64,000 bases of DNA from Pristiophorus japonicus. Its lineage: Eukaryota. Positions 12,346 to 25,879 of the stretch are shown in pieces. The stretch is taken from positions 109,678,001 through 109,742,000 of the forward strand of contig NC_091983.1 in NCBI RefSeq assembly GCF_044704955.1. The letters are read 5' to 3'. Position 1 is the stretch's first letter; each line of letters starts with the position of its first letter. The notes below the pieces were generated by a model. That model saw only the letters and a program-made list of their open reading frames with translations. It made no database searches and was not told where the DNA came from. Position numbers and translations under genes: made by a program.

Positions 12346-12565
12346 GTTGAGAGTCGGTGAGTCAGGAGGGTCTGAGAGTCGGTGAGTGAGGAGGGACTGA
12401 GAGTCGGTGAATGAGGGGGGATTGAGAGTCGGTGAGTGAGGGGGGGTTGAGAGTCGGTGAGTGAGGGAAGATTGAGATTTGGTGAGCGAGGGAGTGAGAA
12501 TCGGTGAGTGAGGGAGTGAGAGTCGGTGAGTGAGAGGGGACTGAGAGTCGGCGAGTGAGGAGGCA
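12346..12565. repeat. Minisatellite, 9 units of 22-25 bp
   Basis: Core TGAGAGTCGGTGAGTGAG repeated at 12348, 12373, 12398, 12423, 12448, 12473, 12495, 12517, 12542. Confidence 0.9.
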
Positions 12566-12725
12566 CTCTGCACCTCTTTCCTCCTTTAAGATACTCCTTA
12601 AAACCTACCTCTTTGACCATCCTTTGGTCATCTACCATAATTTCTCCTTAACTTTCCTGTGAAGCTCCTTGGGATGTTTTACTACGTTAAAGGTGCTATA
12701 TAAATACAATTTGTTGTTGTTGTTG
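12566..12725 (+). mobile_element. L2-like 3' end
   Basis: CTCCTTAAAACCTACCTCTTTGACC ... AAAGGTGCTATATAAAT followed by (TTG)n tail. Confidence 0.65.
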
Positions 12726-13595
12726 CCATGTATTACTTCATGTACTTTGGGAAATCCAGTCATGCAAAGCAAAGGCTGTGACGCAGGTCTGGTGCTCCAT
12801 GAGCAAGTTGATCTACTGATTGACTGTGATGAACAGTGGACTGGTTATTTGCTGAATGACTTTTCGTTGTTGACTGATTAATACTAGCAATCTTGCCAGT
12901 GCCTCCCCCGATCCCACACACACAAGGCAAAACAAATCAAGGCCATGGTGAGCTTGACTGTCACTGGTATCACCATACCAGCCCTGCAGCTGCAGTTTAA
13001 ATTGGGGCAGCCTACAACTGGCCTACGATCAGTGAAAGGAAAGGATGATGTCACTGGGGGGTGACTTTAATGACATTTTTTGCAGCTCTGTCTCTTAGAG
13101 GCACAGCTATGCAACCCCACCTGATCCACGACAGAAAGCTAGTGGACTGTGTATTTGGGCAGAGACCCAGCGTTATGAGCTTCTGTCCATTTTTTCTGTT
13201 TGCTGCTCCCCTGAAATGCACTTGAGGCAAAAAGGTAAAGAGCATTGGCCCTATTTCTTTATTCCAATTTCAAAAACAATTGTAGCACTTGCACCAAGTT
13301 GCTTGTCCACTCTTCTATATGTAACTCTGTTTCTGGAATGTTCTGTCGTATGTACCATTTTGGATCCTGTAGGTTCTACTGTTGTTCATGTATTTATACA
13401 GAAGATGGCTGTTGCCAATGGAAAGATATAAAATATTTATTCTGCGTAAATGCTATGCATGCAATTTGTTTCCTATGCCTGAGCCAATTCACTGAACTGA
13501 TATGGTATAAACTGTTTTGTTGTCTGTTGGACTGAGTCATATCGTTGCAGAAAATAACTGGTGTTTCCTCATAATGCCTTTCAATTCATTATAAA

Positions 13596-14340
13596 ATCAT
13601 AGAATAGTACAGCACAGAAGGAGGCCATTCGGCCCATCGATTCTGTGGCAGCTCTTTTGAAGAGCAATCCAGTTAATCCCAGTCCCCTGCTCTTTCCCCA
13701 TATCACTGCAATTTTTTCTCCTTCAAGTATTTATCCAATTCCCTTTTGAAGGCTATTATTGAATCCACCACCCTATCAAGCAGTGCATTCCAAATCCTAA
13801 CCACTCGTCGCGTAAAAAGATTTTTCCTTGTGTCGCCTCTGGTTCTTTTGCCAATCACTTTAAATCTGTGCCCTCTTGTTATCAACCCTTCAGCTATCGG
13901 AAACAGTTTATCTTTATTTACTCTATCTAAATCCTTCATAATTTTAAACACCTCCACCAAAACTCTTCTTATCCTTCTCTGCTCCAAGGAGAACAGCCCA
14001 GCTTCTCTTGTCCATCCATATAACTGGATCCCCTCATCCCTGGAACCATTCTAGTAAATCTCTTCTGCACCCTCTCCAAAGTCTTCAAGTCCTTCCTAAA
14101 GTGTGATGTCCAGAATTGGACACAATACTCCAGCTAGGACCGTGTAAGTGTTTTATATAGGTTTAGCATAACTTCCTGGCTTTTGTACTCTATGCCTCTA
14201 TTTATAAACATCCAGAATCCCAAATGCTTTATTCATAGCTTTATTAACCTGATCTGCCACTTTCAAAGAGGGACCCTCAGGTCTCTCTGTTCTTGCACCT
14301 CCTTTAAAATTGTAGCATTTAGTGTGTATGGTCTCTTCAT
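13596..14340 (-). mobile_element. Older CR1 LINE 3' fragment
   Basis: EQRR.R..LVEVFKIMK.LDRV..TRGH..K..F..RVV..WN.L; diverged from subfamilies A and B. Confidence 0.85.
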
Positions 14341-14569
14341 TAATCTGGTATAAATATAAATCTGGTATTATACATTTATTAGGTATATGAAAAACTCTCG
14401 AGTAAATGTACTATCTTACTTTTATTAACTGGTCCAAAAATAAATTAAGGTACTTATGTTGTACAGCTTTGTAAAAATCAGAACATTCAGCATTATTTAA
14501 GTTCATTCGTTCTGCTCCTTAACAATTGACTAAATTAAAAATTTTAGCTCACCGGTATTGTTTACAACT

Positions 14570-15022
14570 CATCATAGGCAGTCCCTCGAAATCGAGGAAG
14601 GCTTGCTTCCACTCTAAAAGTAAGTTCTCAGGTGACTGAACACTCCAATACGGGAATTACAGTCTCTGTCACAGGGCGGGACAGACAGTCGCTGAAGGAA
14701 AGGGTGGGTAAGGAGCTTGGTTTGCCGTACGCTCCTTCCGCTGCCTGTGTTTGTTTTCTGCATGCTCTCGGCGACGAGATTTGAGGTGCTCAGCGTCCTC
14801 CCGGATGCTCTTCCTCCATTTTGGGTGGTCTTGGGCCAGGGACTTCCAAGTGCCAGTGGGGATGTTGCACTTTATCAAGGAGGCTTTGAGGGTGTCCTTG
14901 AAATGTTTCCTCTGTCCATCTGGGGCTTGCTTGCTGTGTCGGAGTTCCGAATTGAGTGCTTGCGTTGGGAGTCTCGTGTTGGGCATGCGAACGATGGGGC
15001 CCACCCAACGGAGCTGGTCGAG
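14570..15022 (-). mobile_element. RTE-clade LINE 3' fragment
   Basis: QLRWVG.IVRMP.TRLP.QAL.SEL..GQRK.FKDTLK..W..LA.D..KWR; short (TGA)n tail; same family as 63304. Confidence 0.88.
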
Positions 15023-15171
15023 TAGTATTTTTACAACTAAACTGGATATGTGGAGTGAAATTAATACCATGCAAAATACGCGAATGGCTCGCAAGCAATA
15101 TTCTACTTGCTAGTAAGGAACGGTAACAATTATTTTCTCCATTTTTGTTCCAAAATCACTAGAATGAAAAA

Positions 15172-15280
15172 AGGAAAGACTTGCATTTATATAGTGGTCC
15201 ACGACCACTGGATGTCCCAAAACACTTTACAGCAAATGAAGTACTTTTTGAAGTGTAGTCACTGTTGTAATGTAGGAATC
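15172..15280 (-). mobile_element. SINE 3' tail fragment
   Basis: Minus strand ACATTACAACAGTGACTACACTTCAAAAAGTACTTCA..GCTGTAAAG..CTATATAAATGCAAGTCTTT, as I recall for Deu-type SINE tails. Confidence 0.6.
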
Positions 15281-15544
15281 CTCACTATGCTTATCATAAA
15301 TAGGCATTAACAAATAGGATTAAAGTAACACACAGCAATTTAATAAACATAATCCACAGTGCAAAAATAATTTCCTGTCAGATGGGAATTCCGTATAAGA
15401 CAGCAAAATTTACTCGATGGTGCCGAATAACAATTTTTGCTGTCTTAATTTATTTTTCTTCCACAGCGCCATCTACAGTAATAAATCTAAAGTTGCATTT
15501 CTTTCTCCAGGATTTGTGTCATTGTTTTCCTGTATTTTTAGTAT

Positions 15545-15984
15545 AGGGGATACAACCTTGAAATTTGCTGATGATACAGAAGTTGGAGGTTTGCAAATAG
15601 TGAGAAGGACTAAAGACTTCAGGAAGACATAGATTACTGGAACAGACAGACAGGTTTAATGTGAATAAATATGAGATAATTCATTTTGCGAGGAAAGCAA
15701 TGAATGGGCATATAAAAAATGCAGGACATACTCAGAAAGCCAGGCAGCATCTATCGAGAGAGAAACAGAGTTAATGCTTCAGTTTTCAGGATTTTTATTT
15801 CAGATGTTCCAGCATCCGCAGTGTTCTGCTTTTGAAGAAATGGGAGTACACACATAATAGAAAGACACTGAAACAGAGAGATCGAGGGGTTCAATGTATA
15901 ATTACCTGAAAGAGTCAGTATAGGCAGATAAAACAATTAAAAAAGCCAATGGAATTTTGGATTTAATAATTGGGTACATAGAAG
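15545..15984 (+). mobile_element. Old CR1 RT fragment containing a Penelope pseudo-LTR remnant (about 15715-15835)
   Basis: LKFADDTEVGG; inner segment resembles 5700-5765 joined to 6676-6722. Confidence 0.6.
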
Positions 15985-17284
15985 CAGTATTGCCAACTCT
16001 CATGAATTAATCACGAAACACGCGATTTTTAATGAAAATTCACCCCAACTCACAATCTCGCAATTCCGCTCTGATAAGTTAAGATTTTTCTTTGGCTGTA
16101 TTAATCTTCATCATTGCCTCCTTTGATTGGCTTCTGGGGACACATGGGTGGGGTCAGGGGGTTCTCAACAGTGGGGGTGTGGGAGGGTCCGAGAGAAGGT
16201 TTCAGGGGTCTGCGAGTTGGTTAGTCCCATAGTACTGTCTCCCATTGGTTTTCCATCAGTAGGATCCAACCATCTTTTACATGAAAATAATCAATCAGTT
16301 AGTGAATCCAAAGCAGCGCATCAACTACTGAAACAACCCATTAAACTCTCCTCACTGTGAACACAGGCCGCGTTTCGGTTTAATTTCTGGCCGCAGCACC
16401 TCCGGGGAGGGCAGTGACCTCGGCACATGGGGCTGAGGATCTGCAGGGACAGGAGCAGTTGGTATTTGACACCAAGGGGCTTGAACAAGCCACGCTGCGG
16501 TGGTTTAGAGTGGAAATAGTTTTGGTGTCGGACTCACTTCACTGCTGAAGGGTTTCATCCAGGGATTAAAACCTGGAAACCTTAAAATCCTCCTCACAAC
16601 GGGCTCTGCCATCTTGGAGTTAAAGGTGAAAGATCATAGTGAGGGCACGCGACACCATCACGGCAGTTCTGTTGTGTTCTAAATTGGTTTAACATAAGTT
16701 TCCAAAGTTTAAAAATGTCCCAAAATATGTTCTCAGGATCAAGTTATAAATGAAGCAGGGCCAGCGGTAGACTAAAACCAAAGGACCAGTGTCCGGTTTA
16801 AACCCACAGGCTGAACGGTTGTAATTGATTCCCAGGTAATGTTACTGATAATTAGCACTGGGTTAAATCTCATTCTCTGCTGCATTCAGTTCATTTGGTC
16901 ACATGCTCAGGACGACTTTGGAATATTGAACATTAGTTTTAAATTCTGTCCAACCTGAGGCCAGGGACATAAATGTGGTTCAAAATACCAAACCGGACCT
17001 ATCACGTGGGCCGCATTAATTGCAACATAAATATAGGCAAGGAAAGCCATTCTTAGCCTGTCGAACCAAGAGGAATTCCTGCAGCATCCATTTGGCTAGT
17101 CTTTACTTCTCGGTATGGGGGTCTGTGCCGAATGTGTGAATGAACAAACTGTCAATCTATATTGGTTTATGTTTGAAAAAAATAGCAACTCATGATTTCT
17201 TACCAAATCCCATGATTTATGAGACAGTGGGGTGGGCATAACTGAGGAAGGAATGGTGAATTTAAAAAGATTGGTTAGAGTACT

Positions 17285-17700
17285 CTGCATGGTGTTGGGT
17301 TCCCACTACTGAAAGGACATTAATGCAATGGAGGGCGTACAAGATAAATTGATCAGGATGATGCCAGGGATGGGAAATGATAGTTATGAGGGGAAACTTG
17401 AGATACTGGGACTATTTCCACTGTAGCAGATGAGGCTGAAGAGATTTAGTAGAGGTTTTTTAAAATCATAAAGGCTTCAAACAGAGTAAATTAGAAAATA
17501 CAAGGAGAGAGGTTAAGAGGACCTTCTTTATGCAAAGGATTGTTGGCATATGGAATGCTTTGCCACGGGAAAGGCAGAGACCTTTGCATTTTTATGGTAA
17601 AATTTAATAAATCTTTGAAGCAGAGGACAATACAAGGATGTGGGGATAGAGTAGTGCAATGGAATAAGTTTTTGATTGCTCTAGCACAGAGACGCTGGCT
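17285..17700 (+). mobile_element. Old CR1 3' fragment
   Basis: Degenerate KDINAMEGVQ..IRMMPGM..SYE..LE.LGLF.L. Confidence 0.6.
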
Positions 17701-18092
17701 CAAGGCAGCCTTCAGAGTAAGCTTATATCATAAAGGCAATTGCAAATCCCTTGAGTCTTGCAACTTTGCAAGAATAGACACCATAAACAGTACAGTTCTA
17801 GATCCTAAAGAGCAAAATTTGAAAGAACAAGATCTGCTAAAAGAACTACTGTGAAATTGTTGAGACAGCACCAATTAGTGGGTACAGTAGCATGGTGGTT
17901 ATGTTACTGGACTAGCAATGCAAAGGCCTGGACAAAAATATTTTTATAAATTTGAATTCAATTAAATAAATCTGGAATAAAATGGTAGTATCTGTAATGG
18001 TGACCACAAAGCTGTCGGATTGTCGTAAAAACCCAACTGGTTCACTAATGTCCTTTAGGGAAGGAAACCTTTCATCCTTTAGGGATGGAAAC

Positions 18093-21000
18093 TGTTAAGT
18101 ATCGAATAACTCCACGAGTCTAAGTACGATGAGCTAGTTCAGGCATGACCTTACTCCAGTTTATTTATTCTCAAAGTGAGGATTCAACATGGCTGCCAAC
18201 ATTATATACACGGCTTGCACGTCTCTGCCAGTGACTATTAGGACTCCGACAGTCGCGCCCTCCGGTGGCAGGTAAAACCCAGTTAACATACATAACATCA
18301 TTCCCCCAAAGTCCTTGGTACAGGTTGTATTTACAAGTTGAGACGGTCCAGGGCCTTCTGCTCCCTGGTTGATCTTCTCAGTTCGAACCCAAGCTTGGGT
18401 GAGTTAGTAGGACCATTGCTGCATTGCGGAGCAGTCGGTCTGACAGAACTGCCGGGGATGCTAGGGTCGTCTTTGTGAATGACACAAGGGTCAACTGATG
18501 TTTGGATGTGTGTTGGTTGGTCGATGATGATGTCATCTTCAATTTGTTCTGGGTTGTCTGTGAATCGCAGTTTTGTTTGGTCGATTTGCCATTGATTTTG
18601 GTTTGGCCATTTAACAGTTTGACCACAAACACCTTGTTCCCCTCCTTGACCAAAACCATGCCAGCAACCCATTTTGGACCATGACCTTAATTCAGGACAA
18701 ACACAAGGTCATGAACAGCAATGTCACGTAATACGGCCGCGCAATCGTGAAACCATTTCTGCCGTTCCTTCTGGTTTTGACATGATCATTGAGATCCACA
18801 TGTACAAGGGAGAACCAGGTTTTGAAGCCTCTCTTCATTAACAGCTCGGCAGGAGGGACCCCGGTGAGCAAGTGGGGTCTCGTCCAGTCACTGAGCAGAA
18901 TGCGGGACCAGCGGGTCTGTAGGGAGCTGCGAGTCACACGTTTTAGGCTCTGCTTAATGGTTTGGACAGCCCGCTCCGTTTGACCGTTAGACGCGGATTT
19001 GAAAGGGGAAGACCTGACATGCTTGATGCCATTACGGGTCATAAACTCATGGAACTCTGAACTGGTGAAACACGGTCCGTTGTCACTGACAAGGACGTCG
19101 GGCAGGCCATGGGTGGCGAACATGGCCCGGAGGCTTCAATAGTGGTTGTGGACGTGCTGGATGACATGATTACACATTCAATCCATTTGGAGTAAGCGTC
19201 CACTACCACTAAAAACATTTTGCCGAGAAAGGGGCCAGCAAAGTCTATGTGGATCCTTGACCATGGTTTGGATGGCCATGACCACAGACTCAGCATCGCC
19301 TCCACAGGTACGTTACTCAGCTGCATGCAAGTGTTGCACTGATGCACGCATGACTCCAAGTCCGAGTCAATACCGGGCCACCAAACGTGAGACCTGGCAA
19401 TGGCCTTCATCATGACAATGCCTAGGTGGGTACTGTGTAAATCTCGCACAAAAGTTTACCTGCCTTTTTTTGGCATAACAACACGATTACCTCATAACAG
19501 ACAATCAGATTGAATAGACAATTCATCTTTGCGGCGGATATAAGGCTTAATTTCATCCTGCATTTCCCTGGGAATGGCAGACCAATTTCCATTTCGGACA
19601 CACCTTTTTAATTTTGACAGTACAGGATCCTGGCTGGTCCAGGTCCTAATTTGGTGAGCCATGACAGATGACCCCCTCACTCTCGAAGGCATCCATGACC
19701 AGCAGCAAGCCTGTGGGCTGTGGCATTTCCACCCGGGTTGTGGGCAATGGTAGCCAGCTAAGCACATCAACAGTTTTCAGTGCCTGGTCTGTGGCGGATG
19801 ACATAATCATAAGCGAATAATGTCAGTGCCAATCTTTGGATGTGGGACGAGACATTGGTGTTTATACCTTTGCTCTCAGAAAACAATGAAATGAGCAGTT
19901 TATGGTCTGTTTCAAGCTCAAACCGAAGCCCAAACAGATATTGGTGCATTTTCCTAACCCCATATACGCATGCCAAAGCTTCTTTCTCTACCATACTATA
20001 GGCTTTTTCAGCCTTAGTCAGACTTCTGGACACATATGCAAGTAGTTGGAGTTTGCCTGATACATTGGCTTGCTGGAGCACACAACTGACCCCATATGAT
20101 GAGGCGTCGCAGGCCAGTACTAACCGCTTACATGGGTCATAGTGTACCAGTAATTTATTGGAACATAGCAGATTCCTGGCCTTCTCAAAGGCTCTGTCTT
20201 GAGATTTGCCCCAAACCCAGTCATTACCCTTTCTCAGCAACATGTGCAAGGGCTCTAGCAATGTGCTCAAACTAGGTAGAAAGTTACCGAAATAGTTGAG
20301 AAGACCCAGGAACGAACGCAGCTCAGTCACACTCTGGGGTCTGGGTGCATTCTTGATGGCCTCTGTCTTTGAGTTCGTAGGCCTGATGCTGTCTGCTGCA
20401 ATCTTGCTCCCCAGGACTTCGACTTCTGGTGCCATGAAAACGCACTTGGAGCATTTTAGCCTGAGTCTGACTCTGTCCGACGACGTAGAACCTCGTCCAG
20501 GTTGTGCAGGTGATCGGTGGCGTCGTGACCGGTGATCAGGATGTCATTTGGAACACGACGGTTCTCTGGATGCAAAATCTCCATGTTTCTCTGAAATATG
20601 GCTGCTGCCGAGCGAATTCCGAAAGGGTATCTGTGGTATATAACAGTCCTTTGTGCGTGTTGATGCACGCCAGTTTTTTCGAAGATTCGACCAGCTCCTG
20701 TGTCATGTAAGCGGAGGTCAGGTCCCATTTGGTGAATGACTTCCCTGCCGCTGGCATTGCAAACAGGTCGTCAGCCTTGGGTAATGGGTACTGATCCTGT
20801 ATCGAGACTCGGTTAATTGTTACCTTGTACTCGTTGCAGATCCTGACCGTGCCATCAGTTTTCAACACCGGGACAATTGGACTGGCCTATTCGCTGAACT
20901 CGACTGTTGATATGATTCTTTCCCGTTGAAGTCTGTCCAGTTCGATCTGGACCTTCTCCTTCATCATGTACGGAACTGCCCAAGCCTTGTGATGGACCGG

Positions 21001-22449
21001 TCTTGCATCCGGACCTAGGTGGATCTGCAGCTTGGCTTTCGTGAAGTTGCCGATGCCTGGTTCGAACAACGAGGGAAACTTGCTCAGCACTGGAGCACAC
21101 GAAAGTGTCATCCACTGAAGTTAAGGCTTTAATATCGTTCCAGTTCCATTTAATTTTCTCAAGCCAACTCCTGCTGAACAGTGTTGGGCCTTTGCCTGGA
21201 ATGATCTACAATGATAAATCATGCACAGCTCCATTGTACGATCCCTTTACTGCCAATAACTGATATGAGCTCTTTGGTGTAGGTATGTAGCTTCGCACTG
21301 ATTGGGCTCAATTTGGGTCTTTTTGCCTTAGTGTCCCACAGCTTTTCAAAAGCCCTCTCGGGTTGAGTTGCCTGTGCCGCTTGATCCATGCTGGATCGAT
21401 CATCCTCAGCCACGTGGTGTGTCGCAGAATGCTTGCTTGATTGCGGACATATTCGCTGAAGGTGTCCCATTGTTGCACAGCCTTTGCACACGTATTGCTT
21501 GAATCGGCATTGGTGAGCCTGATGATAGCCCCCACAACGCCAACAAGGCAAGATTTGATTCATCTCTGATGGCAGACTTTGAGCAGTTACTGGTCATACA
21601 AATGCGGACAAGTGAGCCCTGCCATGTGCAGCTCTGCCTGCCAACAATATTAGTTTATGCACATTACCTGCCGGTGAGTTTCAATGGTGGGAAGATTTCT
21701 GTTTTGAGTTTTCGTCCGTGGACATGCATGCCTGGGCGATTGCGATGACCCTGCTCAGGTCTAGAGATTCAGCAGCCAGCAGCTTTCGAAGGATGACCTC
21801 GTGGCCAATGCCAAGCACGAAAAAGTGCCGCAGCATTTCCTCCAGCGCAGCTCCGAAGTTGCACGGCCCAGCGAGATGTCTCAGGTCGGCGACAAATTCC
21901 GCCACGTCCTGGCCCTTGGAGTGATTGTGCGTATAGAAACGACACCTCACCATGATGATGCCTTCCTTTGGTTTAAAATGGTTCCAAACCAGCATACACA
22001 ATTCATCGTAAGCCTTATCCGTTGGTTGAATCGGTGAGAAAAGATTTTTGATAAGGCCATAAATTTTTGACCCACAAACGGTTACGCTTAATTGCGTTAT
22101 CGGTTCCTTCCAATCCGTTGGCTACGAAGTACAGGTCGAGGCGATCAGTGAAATCCTCCCAGTCTTCTCCTTCCACGAATCTTTCCAAAATTCCAACAGA
22201 AATGGATGCGTGAAAGTTCGTATTTTTAACGTTGCCAATTGTTAAGTGTCGAATAACTCCTAAGTACGAGGCTAAGAACAGTGAACTAGTTTAGGCATGA
22301 CCTTACTCCAGTTTATTTATTCTCAAATTGAGGATTCGACATTGCTGCCAACATTATATACACGGGTTGCACGTGTCTGCCAGTGACCATTAGGACTCCA
22401 ACAGTCGCGCCCTCCGGTGGTAGGTAAAACCCAGTTAACATACATAACA
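18093..22449 (-). mobile_element. Gypsy 1: Ty3/Gypsy LTR retrotransposon (Mag-like), decayed
   Basis: LTRs 18093-18297 and 22240-22449 (TGT..ACA); 5-bp TSD GAAAC; degenerate PBS TGGCAACG; PPT at 18298-18312; gag CCHC, RT, RNase H (CDASSYG, ETDHK), integrase (HIDFAGP, SDNG, NGQTER); protease segment deleted. Confidence 0.96.
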
Positions 22450-22928
22450 GAAACCTGTTGTTCTTACCCAGTTTGACTTGAGCAATGCGGTTGATTCTTA
22501 ACTGCCCTCTGAAATGGTGTAGCAAGCCACTCAGTTGTATCAAACTTCTACACAAAGGTATAATAAGAATAAAACCGGATGGACCACCCGGCATCGACCT
22601 ACGCACCTGATTCGGACAGGACAAAGGCACACTCACTCCAATCGGTCCTGTTGAGTCCTCCTCACTAACATCTGGTAAATTGTGCCAAAATTGGGAGAGC
22701 TGATCGGTATGATTCTGCGAGTCATGAAGGACATAGCTGCCAGACTAGGCTTGCGGCAGGTAGTGAGAGAACCACCATGAGGGAAAAACAACTTGCCTTC
22801 ATCTTATCCAGTCTACCTGTCACAGATGCTTCTGTCCATGACAGTATTAATAGGAGTGACCACCACACAGGCCTTGTGGAGACGAATTCCCGTCTTCACT
22901 CTGAGAACCCCCTCCATTGTGTTGTGTG

Positions 22929-23084
22929 TAATTTTACTTGGCATTGCACAGTGTCTTCAAGGGGCTGTATGGGCCATTCAGAATACCACGCATGTGCAGT
23001 TTTTCTCATTGAAAAAATGACAAACTGGCTGCGTGGGGTACTTGGAGCACACCCACATAGATTAGTAGCTTACAGGGAACATTG
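22929..23084. mobile_element. hAT-type MITE (156 bp)
   Basis: 8-bp duplication GTTGTGTG (22921-22928, 23085-23092); right end CAGGGAACATTG, left end degenerate TAATTTTACTTG. Confidence 0.7.
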
Positions 23085-25496
23085 GTTGTGTGGCACTACC
23101 ACTGTGCCAAATGGGATAGATTCAGAACAGATCTAGCAGCTCAAAACTGGGCATCCATGAGGCGCTGTGGTCCATCAGCAGCTGCAGAACTGTATTCCAT
23201 TACAATCTATAACCACATGGCCCAGCATATCCCTCACTCTGCCATTACCATCAAGCCAGGCAACCAACTCTGGTTCAATGATGAATGTAGAAGAACATGC
23301 CAGGAGCAGCACCAAGCGTATTTGAAAATGAGGCGCCAACCTAGTGAAGCTGCGACACAGGACTACATGCATGCTAAACAGCGGAAACAGCATGCTATAG
23401 AAAAAGCTAAGTGATCCTACAACCAACGGATCAAATCAAAGTTCTGCAGTCCTGCCATATTCAGACATGAATGATGGTGGACAATTAAACAACAAATGGG
23501 AAAAGGAGACTCCATGAACATCTCCATCTTCAACAATGGCATGAGTGCAAAAGATAAGGCTGAAGCATTTGCAACCATCGTCAGCCAGAAGTGCCAAATG
23601 GATGATCCATCTGGGCATCCTCCTGAGGTCCCCACCATCAAAGATGCCCTTTTTCAGCCAATTCGATTCACTCCATGTGATATCAAGAAGAAGCTGAGTG
23701 CACTGGATACAGCAAAGGCTATGGGCCCTGACAACATCCTAGCTGTTGTGCTGAAGACTTGTGCTCCAGAACTAGCCTTGCCTCTAGCCAGCTGTTCCAG
23801 TATATCTGTAACATTGGCATCTATCCAACAAAGTGGAAAAATTGCCCAGGTATGTCCTATCCACAAAAAGCAGGACAATCCAATCCAGCCAATTACTGCC
23901 CCATCAGTCTACTCACAATCATAAGCAAAGTGATGGACCATGTCGTCGTCAATAACTCACCAATAACCTGCTCACCGATGCTCAGTTTGGGTTCCGCCAG
24001 GACCACTCGGCTCCAAACATCATTACAACCTTGGTCCAAACATGGACAAAAGAGTTGAATTTCAGAAGTGAGGTGAGAGTGACTGCCCTTGACATTAAGG
24101 CAGCATATGACCGAGTGTGGCATCAAAGAGCCCTCGTAAAATTGAAGTCAATGGGGATCAGTGGAAAACTCGCCACTGGCTGGAGTCATACCTAGCACAA
24201 AGGAAGATGGTTGTTCTTGTTGGAGATGGATCACCCAGCCCCAGGATATTGCTGGAGGAGTTCCTCAGGATAGTGTCCTAGGCCCAACCATCTTCAGCTG
24301 CTTCATCAATAACTTTCCTTCCATCATAAGGTCAGAAGTGGGGAAGTTCGCTGATGATTGCACAGTGTTGTGTTTCATTTTCAACACCTCAGAAAATGAA
24401 GCAATCCATGCCTGCATGCAGTAAGACCTGGACGATATCCAGGCTTGGGCTGATAAGTGTGAAGTAACATTTGTGCCACACAAGTGCCAGGCAATGACCA
24501 TCTCTAAAAAGCGAGAAGCTAACCACCTCCTCTTGACATTCATTGGCATTATCATCGTCGAATCACCACCAACAACATTCTGGGGGTCACCATTGACCAG
24601 AAACTTAACTGGACAAGCCACATTAATACTGTGGCTACAAGAGCAGGTCAGAGGTCAGTATACTGTGCAGCATTACTCACCTCCTGATTCCCCAAAGCCT
24701 TTCCACCACCTACCAGGCTCAAATCAGGAGTGTGATGGAATACTCTCCACTTTCCTGGATGAGTGCAGATTTAATAACCCTCAAAAATCTCAACACCATC
24801 CAGGATAAAGCAGCCAGCCTGATCAGCAACCCGTCCACACCTTAAACATTCATTCCCTTCCCCACCGGTGCAATGTGGCTGCAGCGTGTATCATATACAA
24901 GATGTACCATAGTAACTCACCAAGGCTTCTTCGACAGCACCTCTGAAACCCATTAACTCTACCACCTAGAAGGACAAGGGCAGCAGCCGCATGGAAACAC
25001 CACCACCTCCAAGTTCCCCTCCAAGTCACACACCATCCTGACGTGGAAATAGATAGCTGTTTCTTCATTATCACTGGGTCAAAATCCTGGAACTCCCTAC
25101 GCAACAGCACTATGGGAGTACCTTCACCACGCGGACCGCAGCGGTTCAAGAAGGCGGCTCACCACCACCTTCTCAAGGGCAATTAGGGATGGGCAATAAT
25201 TGCTGGTCTTGCCAGCGACGCCCACATCCATTGAATTAATAAATCAAATGTTCAATGTACTCAAATGATAAGCTTCGATAGGTGAAATTGCTTTTTTCTA
25301 TGACTTTTCTTGTACTCTCAAGTTCTTTATTTTCTCCTTATAAGTATGCCATTTTAACTGTACTTTTATATTATTTCTTGCTTATTTGTGTAAATACATA
25401 AACTTAACAGATTTTTGTGCTTTAGTCATCCTGCTATTCATTTTTAACATGGGATCCTAAAAAATAAAATTTCTTCTCTTCCTGGCTAAAATTCAG

Positions 25497-25596
25497 TTCC
25501 ATAGATTATTTATTTAAGACAGTCAGAAAAGTTAACATTAAATTTGAACCTGGAAGCAAACAGGCTGGCATTCCAAAATCTTATGGGATGGATGAG
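25497..25596 (+). CDS. Candidate internal coding exon of an unidentified host gene
   Basis: Pyrimidine tract then CAG acceptor, 100 nt open as SIDYLFKTVRKVNIKFEPGSKQAGIPKSYGMDE, donor GAG/GTAACT, in non-repetitive AT-rich DNA; protein not recognised. Confidence 0.35.
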
Positions 25597-25879
25597 GTAA
25601 CTTATTGGCAGCTTGGTGAATGGAGTGAACCAGAACAAGTGATCTCATTGTGCACTGAATGATGTAAATGAAACTAATTGTTCATCCTTGACATTGCTCA
25701 TGAATGAAAAATGCAAAAATATATACTGTGTTATATATTTATTTATATTTTTCCTTTGAATGCATTTTTTGCTTCCTATCTTTATGTCAATTTATCACCC
25801 AGCAACACACTTTTACTGCTGAGAATAAGATTTACCTGGGGTTACGCTATTTTTGTCTGCCATCTAAACGATTTGATTG

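Larger units (their letters stand above)
17879..25225 (+). mobile_element. Decayed CR1-group LINE with SINE-like 5' region, interrupted by Gypsy 1
   Basis: APE remnant (TNIW*IVPKLGEL..., SDHH), RT motifs KAMGPD, NYCPISLL, ALDIKAAYDRVWH, GVPQDSVLGP, KFADD in broken frames 22660-24950; 3' end GGGCAATAATTGCTGG. Confidence 0.85.

Noticed and set aside
12346-12565. CRISPR-like repeat-spacer look
   Set aside because: Linkers are 4-8 bp and similar to each other, there are no cas genes, and the context is eukaryotic.
13280-13450. Possible exon VLLLFMYLYRRWLLPMERYKIFIL
   Set aside because: Weak splice signals and no recognisable homology.
15985-17040. hAT-like element starting CAGTATTGCCAACTCTC
   Set aside because: No convincing matching right TIR or TSD found.
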